A stretch of DNA of 62,181 bases, taken from Chiloscyllium plagiosum. Lineage: Eukaryota. Shown piece by piece: positions 13,184-26,300 of the stretch. The stretch's first letter is position 1. Each line of letters begins with the position of its first letter. The position numbers were made by a program, and so were the translations under genes. Under the pieces are notes generated by a model, which did not search any database, was not told the origin of the DNA, and saw nothing but the letters and a program-made list of their open reading frames with translations. The stretch lies in contig NC_057719.1 in NCBI RefSeq assembly GCF_004010195.1, positions 22,521,062 through 22,583,242 of the forward strand, in the 5' to 3' direction.

Positions 13184-15454
13184 TTACCGTGATTGCCTTC
13201 TGCTGATTAGGAACAAAATCTCTGTCTGGATTTAAATTAGTCTCTCTCGTTCAGCTTCTTTATTAGAAAATGAATCGGAAAACATCTTTTTTCTTGCTGC
13301 GAATGCTAGCTCAACCATGATGGAAGCTGAATCATGCAGCTGCTTTTGAGAGAGAAGGAGTGGGTGGTGAGGTGGGCATTCACGAAACCTTGCACAAAAG
13401 ATAATGAACCGTGTCACATTCCGTGTAACCGTGTAAGAAAGGAAAAGATGTATAAGAATTGGCATCTTTTAATGTCTCTGTTATGTCTGACAAGTTGGAA
13501 GTTCATCCTACAGCATCAGGATCAAAACCTTGATTGAAAGACATGAGCAAAACTGTTGTGTCAATATAACATTTGCCAATCCAATTGTTTTACTGGTATT
13601 TATTTTCAAATTAGCCATGTTGATGGTTTAATATCAATCCATCTTGAATTTTAAGCCATTGAATAACGCTGAACACATTTGGTTGGAAGTCTATTTGCAC
13701 ATTAATCTATATGAGCCTTTAACACATTCAGTTTATTTTAAGAAAACACCCTCCACCGCAACAGTAGTTGCAAGTGTTAAACAGACCCATTCAGCATCTG
13801 TTTAAAATGACCACGCAATGCAAGTTCAAGGCGCCATTATGTTTGGGTAAAAAAAACTACTATACCTGCAGCCTGACTGTGATCTTTTAGAAACATTGTC
13901 TAGTCAGTTGTAACAAAGAGATTTATTTGCAAAGAACAGCTGCAGTAAGATTTAGAAGGTTAACTGGATATTTCCATTATTTATCTGCAAAACACAGGCT
14001 ACTATCTCTAATTGCAACACTAACATTCAAACCATGTAAAAAATAATTCCATCAATATTAGAAAGGAAAATAAGAATGATAATTTCACAGACATTGCAAT
14101 GTTGAAGTATAAATATATACACTGTAAATGTATATAAATATTTATAGACATATATACATACTGATTTCTTCATTTTTGATCCATCGAACTGATATCAAAA
14201 ACTGTATTACCAACTGCCAGAGACATTGAGTGCAGTGAAGGGTAACAAAGTAATCACAGTGTAACATCCTTTGGTTGGTTAATTTGGGAGTTTTAACATA
14301 GTGTTAATGGACTATTGCAAGTTCTTTCACTTTTGCAGGGTTATCTTTGGCATTGAGGTCACCGCATTGGAAATCACTGTAACTGCTCTATTCATAAGCG
14401 TATCCTGGGATTCAGACTGAAGCTGAACATTTCATGCATGTGGCAGACAAAAGAATATTGTACGCAGTAACTTGCTAATTTTGTCCCAGTTGAAATCTTC
14501 AAACATTAGGGACAAAAGTTCCAATCATGTATGACATATTCTCAAACAGCAATATTCAGGTTACAGAGGAAATGGGATTTTCAACTTGCTTTTTAATTTC
14601 AGTGTTCAGCAGAAATGTACTTCTTGACGGATGTACCTTGGGACAGACACAGGGACATGTAAAGCAGCCTGCTTGCCTCATTGCCCATAACCTATATGCT
14701 GCTTCAGTCTCTCAGCTCCCTGGAGAATTGTGCATTTCATTGGATTCCTGGTGAGAATTCCTGGTAGTTTGCTTCAAGAGTTTCTGTGCATATGGAAAAT
14801 ATGAAAATGCCACTGAGACTCTTGGAGGAAACACAATGAGCACTTTGCAGTCTTGGTAATCCCTTTGTCAGAACGCACAATGCTTATCTAAGGCCCGGCC
14901 ATGGGGGACAGAAGGACTAACAGAGCAAAGTAACACAGAGCGAACAGTAAAAGAGACAAAGGAGTGAAACGCAAGAGGAATAGATAAAGATGAATGACAG
15001 ACAAAAATATTCAAGAACAAATGATGGAACAGAGAAGAAAGAAGTGGGAAATAATGAGGGAACTTGAAAAGAAAAACTGAGCAGCACATAAAATGATAAG
15101 TGACAGACAGAATTAAACAATAAAAGGGAAGCATTGGGTACTGATAATGTACGACACTTTTATTGTGATTTTAATGTAGGAAATCATTCCAAGTTGCTTC
15201 ACAAGAGCCCAGCTAGACCAAAAGAAGCAATGAGCAAAAGCTTGGAATAATAGAGTGAATGACAAAAACTTGGTTAATGAATATTGATAGAGAGAGATGG
15301 AAATGTTAAAGAACAAATTCTTGCACTTTAGATCTACTTGGCTGAGGATAGAACTACCAATATGTGACAAATAGAGTTGAAGGTATATGTAAAGCCAGGT
15401 TTGGAACTCCACGGAGTTTGGAAAAATTCATGGGTTGTTACGGGTTTTTTTTGT

Positions 15455-15790
15455 TAACTCACAGGATGAGAATGTCACTGGGTGGGCCAGCATTAACTTG
15501 CCCAGAAAGCAGTTAACAGTCAATCACATTGTTGTGGGTCTGTAGTCACATGTAGGCCAGACCAGTTAAGGATAGCAGTTTCCTACCCTATAGGACGTCG
15601 GTGAAACAGTTTTGTTTTCCCCCAACAATCAGCAATGTATTCATGGTCATCATTAGACTCTTAATTCCAAATTTTTATTGAATTTAAATTCCATCATCTG
15701 CTTTGACAAGATTTGAGCCCAAGTCCCCGGAATGTTTCCCGGTTTCTGGATTAACAGTCCAGCAATAATGCCACTAGACCATCATCTCCC
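15455..15790 (-). mobile_element. SINE/non-autonomous retroposon sharing the 3' tail of the LINE at 55915-58215
   Basis: Reverse strand gggcaa...atgctggccc..cagtgac; homologous copies at ~46890-47160 and ~52800-53095. Confidence 0.6.
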
Positions 15791-15999
15791 TGAGTTGTAT
15801 GCATCAGAGGCTGAGGAATGACAAGAGCGTGGGTATATATCTGTGGAAGATGCAAGGCAGAATACCCCCTGCTGGTGGGTTGGGGGATAGTAGGGAATTT
15901 AGTTGCATTAGTGAGAGCAGAGCGGGAATGCAAATACCTTCACATCACTGCACAATTAAGTCTGTTTCAACTCAGTGAGGTAGTGAGTTTGAAATCAAG

Positions 16000-16591
16000 C
16001 CCCAAGATTCCCAGAGTTGTCCCAAAAGTTAAATAATTTTCTTAAAATGCAAAGTTCCCCAATTTACCTAACTTTCAGACCAAGATTCATAGAATACATG
16101 GATTGAGTTTTTGTGCTTAACAAAAACTACAATTTATGACGCAAGTAATTAGATTCTAGTTACAGGTAAACAGTTACAATCCATCGATCATTAAGACTAC
16201 TAATTAAAACTTTGATTCTTTTATAAGCTTCCCCTTATACATAGACAAAAAGTCACAGTAAAATCAGTTGTGAACAGAGGGAGAAAACTAAAAACTAAAA
16301 AGAGAGTTCAGTAAGCTTTGTTCCCAGGTTCTATGGTAGAGACGTTCTTTGTGATCCTTCTTCCTTTCTTAGGCTGCCTCTACTGGTTGAGAAGAGACTC
16401 AAGGTGGCTGCTTCACTCATAAACAGTGTCTCGCATATTAGTTAAAAGCCTTAATTTACAATAATTGTTGCAGGAATGATAAACTGGTTTACTTCAGGTT
16501 TACAGTGAGCTTTGACTGCAGAGAACAGAGAGACATCCCTGAGCTGGGAGAAAAGACAGAACACTTCTCTTTCTCTCCCTTTCTCTCTCTT

Positions 16592-16629
<38 letters not shown>

Positions 16630-16980
16630 ACTTTCTCCCAACTGTTCAGTTACCTGAGAACCAATTGTATAGTTTTGGCAGACAAAATCATCTCTGTCAA
16701 TTATAATTGGTCACCAGTTGATAAACCAATCAGTTTTCTGTTGCCAGAAAAAACTGCATCAGTACAGCCCATTGATTCCAAGTAGTCTGTAATTCAAACT
16801 GGAATTACTGCTTGTTTAGACAGCTATTTATGAGATGCCCTGCAACTGGTGTCAAGTTAGGTGCTTTCGGAACTGCAGCCACTCTGCCAAGGCACTCTTT
16901 TTTAAAAAAAACAGCTCTGTCTCATTTCACTCTGCAGATTTTTCAAAACATAAAATACACAGTCCTTCCCAGTTCATGGC
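16000..16980 (-). mobile_element. Possible solo LTR
   Basis: Reverse strand starts tgccatgaac; internal (GA)n; LTR-like composition; other end unclear. Confidence 0.35.
16563..16624 (+). repeat. (CT)n microsatellite
   Basis: Direct observation. Confidence 0.95.
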
Positions 16981-17202
16981 AAGGAGGTTCATGGATGACT
17001 GACCCATCTGGATACTAACTGAGCTCCTTAAGTTGGCAAAGGAAGAAATACCAAACACGCAGACATGGCAAAGACTGGCTTACTGATTGTAAAAAGAGAA
17101 AGGCAGGAGTCAATAAAAGTGTGTTTGGTTAAAGTCAGGGCTTTGTTGGTAGGTTGAAGTTGACTAATGATTAAAATGAATTCAGCTTGAAGTGTTGACG
17201 GG

Positions 17203-17388
17203 AGAAAGTGAGGGCTGTAGATACTGGAGATCAGAGTCGAGAGTGTGGTGCTGGAAAAGCGCAGCAGGTCAGGCAGCATCCAAGGACCAGGAGAATCAAC
17301 GTTTCAGATTTAAGTCCTTCGTCAGGAATTCCTGATGAAGGGCTTATGCCCGAAACATCGATTCTCCTGCTCCTCGGATGCCACCTGA
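17203..17388. mobile_element. Short fold-back PLE-derived element with TSD
   Basis: Inverted repeat centred on tcaggaattcctga; flanks cttgaagtgttgacggg (17186-17202) / cttgaagtgctgacagg (17389-17405). Confidence 0.85.
17332..17359 (+). ncRNA. Minimal hammerhead ribozyme motif
   Basis: CTGATGA-A-GGGC-TTAT-GCCC-GAAA-CA-TC. Confidence 0.65.
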
Positions 17389-19149
17389 CTTGAAGTGCTG
17401 ACAGGCTAATACTCATTTTGGAGAACACATGAGTCTATGTGCTATTTAAGGATCAGACCATCAACCTAGGTCAGAGATCTGCCAATGGAAAATGGAGAAC
17501 AGTTTGATCTTGCATAGGTTGATCATGGGGAATGGCAGAGATGAGTGATGGACTCAGTGATCGATAGTGCATGCTACATGGTGAATGCAACATACATGTA
17601 GGGACAAATTCATAACAATGAGAAAGAAATAACTATCATGAGCAATGGAGCAAAATCCAGTGAAGGATGAGAATCAATGGGAACAAATGAAAACCAGTTC
17701 TGATTTGATTGAAACATTCCTAGTAGAAAACTGGTGCATGTTAATTCTGTATGAGGCCCTAGCAAGATGAGTGACTCCAATATCCTTTCTTCCCCATGTC
17801 ATATAGTAAATGTAATCTATTGGCTGTAACGAGTGTAAATCTCAACAAACATTTTATGAACCAGCTGAGGTCTATCAATGGTATTTGCCTTTTGCATATT
17901 TGTTGTATTTATCAGAGGTTTCCACTGCATCTCTTCCAAAAGAGAGGTTTCAGAAGACCATTGATCTGCTTTAAAGATGAGCTGTCAATGAAGGTATTGT
18001 ATCTTCAATTTTAGTTTGCAACAAACTCAGTCTGGAAAAAGGATAACTCAGTCACATGCTGTGGGCAATGGTTCTTCTGATCAGAGAATACAATAGTCTC
18101 ATGATGTCCACAGGCTAAAGTTACTTATGGCCACAGAAAAAGCATGACTGACCTCACCTTCATTTAATTAAAGAGATAGTGTTCCTTTGCTATCTTTTAG
18201 ATCAAAGCTATGATTATCCGAGCAGTGCCTGTTGTAACATATAACTCAGTAATCCACCAGAAGGTTTGTCTTCTGAAATTTGATGGTGATGATACATGTC
18301 AGGGAAAAATAAGTCATTGAGTCGTTCTGACTGCACGGTGACAGTTATGATGTGAATGGTTCATTTTGCATAACCCAGCAGACCTTGTAGTCTATTTTAT
18401 TTACATAAGGTAGAGAATGGAATTCAGTCTATTTCTTTTTTTACTTGGGGGCTTTACAGTTGAATGTATTTATTGAGTGCATGCTGAAATAAGTACAGAT
18501 AGGTTTTCCAGCACCTTCTCATCAGTATTTGGAAATTCTAATTTCTTCTGAAAGCTGAATAACAAGGGTTTGTTGATTTGTTCATAAATGTCTGCCTTTT
18601 GATTTTGTCTCTTAGCTATTTCTGTAAAAATGTTGTGTTCTCGAAGGAAGGATCAATAGCAGGAAGAAACAATGAGGTATCACCTTTTCAAAGATTTCGT
18701 TTCCAGTGGTTACTGAAGTAAAAGCCTTTCTTTCCTCTTGTGGTTCCTACCCTGAGAACAACTGTTTCTGTAAAAGCAGTTTGACCATGTTTAGCAATAT
18801 TTGTTCATTCACGTAATACCTCTTATCTAAAAAGGACTTGAGACAATTATCTACTACAACTAATTGCTTAAAAACATTGCCTTGTTTCTTGTAGTGGATA
18901 GATATACAACAAAACAATAACCTACCATCAATGAAATGCAGGAATATAGAGGAATTTGATCATGTCCTGGGTTCTTGAAACCATCAGGATACTTCTTTTG
19001 TGGTAGGCCCAGTCAATTAAATGCCAGTTGGGACCTTAACCAGGCAGTGATGGACCTTCTCCAGGGTCAAAGGCCACCAAGGCAAATATCCTGCCTGCTG
19101 AGTGTAGTAGGTCAATCTGAGGCTGAATCCCCTCCTGCCATCTTACTGC

Positions 19150-20484
19150 CCCCTGTCCCTGCCTGTGTCAAGAAGACCAACATCATCCCTGGGCCTAAGA
19201 AGGCTCATGCAGCATGTCTCAATGACTACCGCCTAGTGGCCCTAACTTTGGTGGTCATGAAGTGCTTTGAAAGGCTGGTCATGGCATTCATCAACTCCAG
19301 CTTCCCCACTACTCTTGACCCACTTGAATTTGCCTGTTGGACCAACTGATCCACGTCAGATGCCATATCACTTGCCCTTCACTCCTCGCTAGATACAGTT
19401 CAGCCTTCAACACTCTTATCCCCTTGAGTCTGATTACTAAATTTAGTGATCTCGGACTAAGCCACATTCTCTGCAACTGGATCCTCAGTTTCCTGATCCA
19501 CAGGCCACAATCATTGAAGATTAGGGACAATATTTCATCTTCACTAACACTCAACACTGGAGCCGCCAAGGGCAGTGTACTCAGCACCCTTCTGTACTCA
19601 CTGTATACCCATGTCTGCGTCGCCAAATACCAGACTAATGCCATTTACAAGTTTGCTGATGACACCGCCATAGTCAGTCAAATCTCAAATGGTGATGAAA
19701 CAGACTACAGGCCTGGAAAAATGGTGCCCTGAGAACAAACAAGCTCTCAATGCCAGCGAAACCAAGGAACTCATTATTGACTTTTGGTGGGATGTTACTC
19801 CTGCCCCCTTCACATTAACAGCACAGAGGTGGAACGAGTGGACAGTGTCAAGCTCCTGGGAGTAGTCATCCACAACAAGCTTTCTTGGACTCTTCATGTG
19901 GACGCACTGGTTACAAAGGCCCAACAGCGTTTCTTCTTCCTCAGGCAGCTGAGAAAATTTGGCATGACGACGAATACCTTGTCAACTTTTAAAGGTGTGC
20001 CATTGAGAGCATTCTGTCTAGATGTATCACTACCTGGTATGGTAACTGTTCTATTCATGATTGGAGACGGTTACAGAGAGTGGTGAACTTGGCCAGGACA
20101 TACGCAAAGGTCAACTGCTCATCTATAGAATCCATCTACCAGGCCCGCTGTCAAGGATAGGCCACCAGCATTCTCAAAGATCCATCCCACCCTGGCAATG
20201 TTTTTCTACAACCTCTACCATCTGGGAGAAGGTACAGATGCCTGAACAAACGCGCCAGTTAGTTTCGAAACAGTTTCTACCCTACTGTTGTTAGATTACT
20301 GAATGGACTCACAAACTCCTAACATTCGCCTGTACCTGTGTTTTTGTTTTTGCCGCTGTTCACTATTATTTACTTTTCTATGCTATTTAACTCTGTGATC
20401 TGCCTGCATTGCTCACAAGACAAAGCTTTTCACTGTGCCTCAGTACACATGACAATAAATTCAATTCAATTCAATTCAATTCAA
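19150..20484 (+). mobile_element. Rex1/Babar-type LINE, 5'-truncated
   Basis: PACVKKTNIIPGPKK..CLNDYRLVALTLVVMKCFERLV, YSSAFNTLIP, KFADDT, KAQQRFFFLRQLRKF; aataaa then (attca)n tail at 20458-20484. Confidence 0.88.
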
Positions 20485-20629
20485 TGTTCTCCGCAACTAT
20501 CGGAGTGTTTTGCATTTCACCCATTCAATGGAACAAAGTAGGCCATTCAGACCCTCAAGCCAACTCAACCATTCGATGAGATAATGTCTGAGCTTATCTC
20601 AACTCCATTCACATTTCTTCATTGTATGC

Positions 20630-20922
20630 TCAAAAGCAACGTTCTGGGATTTACACATTAATCAATAAAACCTGCATCCCCATTCTAAATGGTTAAACAC
20701 TTAACAGCAATCTAGGTTTGTTCAATACATCGCATCATTTGTATGACACTTTAATCTTTTACTATAAATTCAGTGTCCTATGATCCTGCCGCACTAGTTA
20801 CCTGACTAAGAAGCAGTGCTCCAAAAGCTTGTACTTCCAAATAAACCTGTTGGACTATCACCTGGTGTTATGTGATTTTTAACTTTGTCCACCCCAGTCC
20901 AACAATGGCACCTTCACATCAC
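20630..20922 (+). mobile_element. PLE terminal repeat (family of 4980-5100), degenerate hammerhead
   Basis: cctgactaagaagcagtgctccaaaagcttg...aataaacctgttggactatcacctggtg...ccccagtccaac. Confidence 0.75.
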
Positions 20923-20994
20923 AAATATATTTGATCATAACAAAATCTGTAAAGCACACATTTAAAATAGCACACTTCATCATTAAACAAACAA

Positions 20995-21124
20995 AACCAA
21001 AGAACTGCGGATGCTGGAAATCAGAACAGAAAAATGGTCACTAGACCTGAACCGTTACCTCAGCTTTCTCTTCACAGGTGCTGCCTGACCTGTTAACCTT
21101 TCCAGCAATTTCTGATTTTGTTTT
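20995..21124. mobile_element. Degenerate fold-back PLE terminal fragment
   Basis: gaactgcggatgctggaaatcagaac ... tccagcaatttctgattttg in inverted arrangement. Confidence 0.6.
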
Positions 21125-21736
21125 GCACTTGATCATTATTTGTTTGGAGTAATATTTCCTTCATTCTTCGCTGAATGTCCTGTCTTTGATTTTAAGATAA
21201 TATTCTCTTATCTGATACTCTCTCACACCTTTGAAAGCAATTTCTCTCTGTTCTCTAAATTCTAAAAATCCCTAAATTTCATGTTAAATGCTATTTCCCA
21301 AGCCATTCAATAATCTGTGGGCTATTAGTATGCTTTGTACAATTTCTCCTCATAGTTCAATATTTGAAAAACTGGTAACTTGTTAGTGAGTTGACAATGT
21401 ATTATTTCCAAGTCCATGGCATTTTTCCCAAGTGCAGTTCCCCAAACCATACTCAATACCTCTGATGTTTAATTAAGGCATTGTACAAGTAAGGAGTTAG
21501 TTAGCTTGGATGGCTGCTTATAACACAGAGCAATACTAACAGCATGAGTTCAATTCCCATACTCTCTGGGACATTGTGTATGGTGAGAGAAGAGAGGCTG
21601 ATACAATGTCCATTCCTTGCTCGAGAAAAAAACAGTTGATTTTGTTTTCTGATAATCAGAGGATCCTTTTTTGCAGTTAGTAACATTTTTCTTGCACTAC
21701 CCACATCTTCAATATATTATCTGGGCTGACATCAAT

Positions 21737-22032
21737 TGTTAAGGTTCACTTGAGAACGTAACTTTTGAAAAAGGTTTTGCAATTTACATATGAAAGAACT
21801 GAAACCAACATGGCCATTTGAACAAATGAGAGGCTTAACAAACAATCCAGGTCTTTTTTTAATATATGATTTCAATACATCATGATTTTTCAATACATCA
21901 CACTGTAAACTTTTGCTATAAATTCTGTGTCTTTCAATCTTTTACTCCACAACCACCTGATGAAGGAGTGGCGCTCCGAAAGCTCGAGCTTCCAATTAAA
22001 CCTGTTGGACTATAAGCTGGTGTTTTTTTTTA
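21737..22032 (+). mobile_element. PLE terminal repeat with hammerhead core
   Basis: Homologous to 20630-20922. Confidence 0.78.
21954..21988 (+). ncRNA. Minimal hammerhead ribozyme motif
   Basis: CAC-CTGATGA-A-GGAGTG-G-CGCTCC-GAAA-GC-TC-GAG, with palindromic AGCT in place of stem III. Confidence 0.65.
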
Positions 22033-22454
22033 ACCTTATATTAATGAGGGTTTGCTCAGTTAATTGTCTTGGTGGTTCAACAATGGGTGTTTTTGAAACA
22101 TTTGGTGAGCTCCAGTGAATTTGAGCTCTAAATATATTCTGACTGATCCACCTTTTAGAGAGAATTTAAATATGTCTTAAGCTAAGGTAAATTTGTTCAT
22201 AGAATTCTTTAAAACCTAAGTGGCATGGAAGGCTTCATGAGTTACACGTGGATCAATATTGAAGGCATGGCCAAGGTCCCCCCTAATTTTTGAAAACTTT
22301 TCAAATTCTCTATAAAAGCTATGTAGCAATTGTAATTAGCACATTTTCCCTGCCCCACCAAAATCTGGGTCCTGCTTCACCCCATGACACTTGGGCTACA
22401 CATTAGCTATTTTAAAATCAAAACTGCAGCAAGATATTTTAGAAGTACAACATG

Positions 22455-23050
22455 AAGCATTGAGTATAGGAGATGGGAAGCTTGTTGCAGCTGTGCAAGA
22501 TGTGCCACACTTGGAGTACTATGTTTGCCCAGCATAGAAAGGATATCATTAAACTTGAAAGAGTGCAGAGAAGATTTACTGGGATACTACCTGGTCTGGA
22601 AGGCTTGAGTGAGAAGGAGAGGTTGGACAGGCTGGGTCTTTCTTCCCTGGAGTGTAAGAGACTGAGGGGTTACCTTATAGGAGTGGATACAATCATGAGA
22701 AGCATAGATGAACTAGATAGCTGACAGCTTTTCTGCAATGATAGTGCAGTCAAAAACTAGAGGGTAATAGATTTAAGGTGAGAGTGTTGGGATAAAAAGC
22801 ATCCAGAGGGGCAATGTTTCACACCAAGAGTGATGAATGTCTGGAACAGGCTACCCAGGCTACCAGTGGTGGAAGTGAGTACAATTCCATCATTTCATAA
22901 ATATTTCAGCAGGTATATGGATGGGATAGGTAGGGAGGGAGACGAACCAAACACAGGCAAATAGGAATGATTTAGTTGTGAAAACTGGGTGGCTTGGACA
23001 AGTTGGGCCAAAGGGCTTGTTTCCATGCTGTAGACATCTATGACTCTCAT
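22455..23050 (+). mobile_element. CR1 LINE 3' fragment
   Basis: KDIIKLERVQRRFTGILPGLEGL; tail tctatgactct. Confidence 0.85.
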
Positions 23051-23091
23051 TTCAGTGTGACAATTCAAATGTGGTAATAGACAAGGAATAC

Positions 23092-23341
23092 TGTGATGAT
23101 GCTGCTCCTTTAACAAGGTTATGTTGTCCTTGTTCTTTCTTCAGGGGGGTCATAAATGCAGAGGTTCTGGTTGTCTGGCTCGGATGAGTTTAAGGGCCAA
23201 TTTGATTCTATCTAAGAGGCACTACCTCAGGCAATTTCTTTCAAGTTTTATAAAACACACATCTAAAATGAAAGGGGAGTGGCCAGCTCTGCCAGCTCAG
23301 ATTTTCTCTGGTCTGGTTTGGTTTGGTTGGGTTTTTAGCAG
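23092..23341 (+). mobile_element. Probable solo LTR, 5' part (interrupted by PLE)
   Basis: Starts tgtgatg; non-coding; stops abruptly at the PLE terminus; apparent continuation at 30241-30619. Confidence 0.5.
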
Positions 23342-26300
23342 GAAAAACTGAGGACTGCAGATGCTGGAGATGAGAGATGAAAAGTGTGGTGCTGGAAAAG
23401 CACAGCAGGTCAAGCAGCATTGAGAAGCAGGAGAGTCGTCATTTCATGCATAAGCTGTTCATCAGGAATGTTGGGGGGTTGGTGGAGCGGGGAGTGTGGT
23501 GGGCAGAGGACAGAAGTGGGCTGAGAGATAAATAGGAGAGTGAGGGTGGGGGTTGGAGGGAAGGTAGCTGGCAAGGTGATAGGTAGATGCACGAGGAGGG
23601 CGGTAGTGATAGGTCAGAGGGGAGGGTGGAGTGGAGAGGTGGGAACGAAGATGGACAGGTAGAACAGTTAAAGAGGGCGGAGCTAAGTTGGATGATTGGA
23701 TCCGTGATAAGGTGGAGGGAGGGGAGATAAGGAAACTGGTGAAATTGACATTGATGCCATGTGGTTGGAGGGTCCCCAGGTGGATGATGGGATGTTCTTC
23801 CTCCAGACATCGGGTGGTTTGGATTTGGTGGTGGAGGAGGCCCAGGAGCTGTATGTCCTTGGCGGAGTGGGAGGGGGAGTTGGAGTGGTCGGCCTCAAGT
23901 TGGTGGGGTTGTTTGGTACATGTGTCCGAAAGATGTTCCCTGAAACATTCTGCGAGTTGGTGTCCTGTCTTCTCAATGTAGAGGAGACCAAATCGAGAGC
24001 AATGGACACAATGGATGAGGTGTTTGAAGGTACAGGAAAATCTAAGCTAGATGTGAAAATATCCTTTGAGGCCTTGGATACAGGTGAGGGGATAGGTATG
24101 GCCGCAGGTTTCACATTCTTGCAATGGCAAGGGCAGGTGCCAGGACTGAAGGGTGGACTGGTGGAGAGCATGGACCTAATGAGGGAGTCGCGAAGGGAAT
24201 GGTCTCTGTGGAATGCTGATGGGGTGGGGAGGGAAATATATCTCTAGTAGTAGGCTCTGACTGTAGGTGGTGTAATTGGCAGAGGATGATGCACTGTAGC
24301 CGGAGATTGGTGGGGTGGAAGGTGAGGACCAAGGCGGTCCTGTCCTTGTTGCAGTTGAAGGGGAGGGGTCAAGGTCAAAAGTGTGGGAAGTGGAGGAGAT
24401 GCGCTAGAAGGCATTGGTGACCATGTGGGAGGGGAAATTGCAGTCCTTGAAATAGAAGTCCATCTGGGATGTCCTGCGGTGGAATAGCTTCTCCTGGGAG
24501 CAGATGCAGCGGGGCAGAGGAATTGGGAATGAGGGATAGCATTTTACTGGGGGGGAGGGGGAGGGTGTGGAAGGAGGCATAGTCCAGCTAGCTGTGCGAG
24601 TCGGTGGGTTTGAAATAGTCGTCCCTGTTCAGTTGGTCTCCGGAGATGGAGATGGAGAGGTCCAGGAAGAGGAAGGAGGTATCCGAGATGGTCCAGGTGA
24701 ACTTAATGTCAGGGTGGAAGGGGTTTGTGAAGTTGATAAGCTATTCAACCTTTCATGGGAGCACAAGGTGGTGCTGATACAGCCATGAATCTAGTGGAGG
24801 AAAAGGTAGGGGATGATGTTAGTGTAACTGTAGAAGATGGACTGTTCCACATACCTGATGAAGAGGCAGGCTTAGCTGGGGACCATGTGGGGGCCCACAG
24901 TTACCCCTTTGGTCTGAAGGAAGTGAGAGGATTTGAAGGAGAAGTTGTTGAGGGTGAGGACCAGTTCTGGCAATCGAACAAGTGTGTCAGTAGAGGGGCA
25001 CTGGTTGGGTTGGCAGGAGAAGAAGAAATGGAGGACTTGGAGGCCTTCACCATAGCAGATGGGCGTGTACAATGTCCATGGTGAAGATGAGGCATTGGAA
25101 GCCAGGAGAAGGTGAATGGTGTGGGTGGTGTCCCAAATGTATGTGGGGAGTTCCTGGATCAAAGGGGACAGGACAGTGTCGAGACATGAGGAGATAAGTT
25201 CGGTGGGACAGGAGCAGGTGGAGATGATGGGTCAAGTGGGGCAATCAGGTTTTTGGGTAAGGGGTAGAACCGGGCGGTGCGGATTCTGGGACTATGAGGA
25301 TGGGGCTGTGGATGGGAGACCCCCTGAGGTGATGAGGTTGTGGATGGTCTGGGAAATTATGGTTTGGTGATGGGAGGTGAGGTCATGATCGAGAGGGCAA
25401 TATGAAGAAATGTCCGTGTGGTGGCGCCTGGCTTCAGCAGTGCAGAGGTCAATACGTGAATGTATCACTGTGCTCCGCCTGTCTGCTGGTTTGATGGTGA
25501 GATTGGGGTTGGAGTGGAGGGACTGGAGTGCTGCGCTTTATGAGGATGAGAGTTTGAAGTAGGATGGGAGGGGTGGGGAGATTAAGGAGGTTAATGTCAC
25601 GGCTGCAGTTGGAGATGAAGAGATCAGTGCGGGTAACAGACCAGCACAGGGTGTCCAAGAGGATGGGGTGTGTTGGAGGTAGGAGAAGGGGTCCTCGGAG
25701 GGTAGGTGGGAGTCATGATTGAAAAAGTAAGCTCGGAGGCAGAGGTAGTGGAAGAAAAGTTTGATGTTGCAGCGCAAATGGAATTTGTCGACCCATAGGT
25801 GGAGTAGGATGAGGATGAGACCTTTATTGAGGACTGATCCTTCATCTTCAGTGAGGGGAAGATCTGGTGTTTGGTAAAAACTCAGTAGGGCTGGGGGCTG
25901 AGGCTTGGTGCAGAGCAGGAGTTGGAAGTTGGGGCGGAGACCATTTCTGGAGTGTGTGTTGTTATGATGTCATTGGTGACGTCATGGGTGATGTCACCAG
26001 AGGAAGTGACGCAAACAGTGGTAGTCAGGGTGGCAGAGGCAGTGCGTTCAGTGGCACCTGGGGTGCTAGAAGTGACGTTCCAGGTGCAATTCATGGAAAT
26101 GGTGTTTTTGGCAGCAACGTTCCTGGAGGTGATATGGTCAGCGGGACTGAGGTGAGTGACGTCAGCAGTGGAGAGAAAATGGTAGGTGCAGCGGCAATCA
26201 TGGGGGTGGAAGTGACATTTAAGGTGGCACAAGAGGAAATGGTGCTTTCAGTGGTGTGTGGTCATTGGTGGCGTACCGGTGAATGACACCGGTGGGGACA

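Noticed and set aside
14339..14420. Exon after acceptor-like ttcacttttgcag
   Set aside because: All three frames stop within 30 codons and no convincing donor follows
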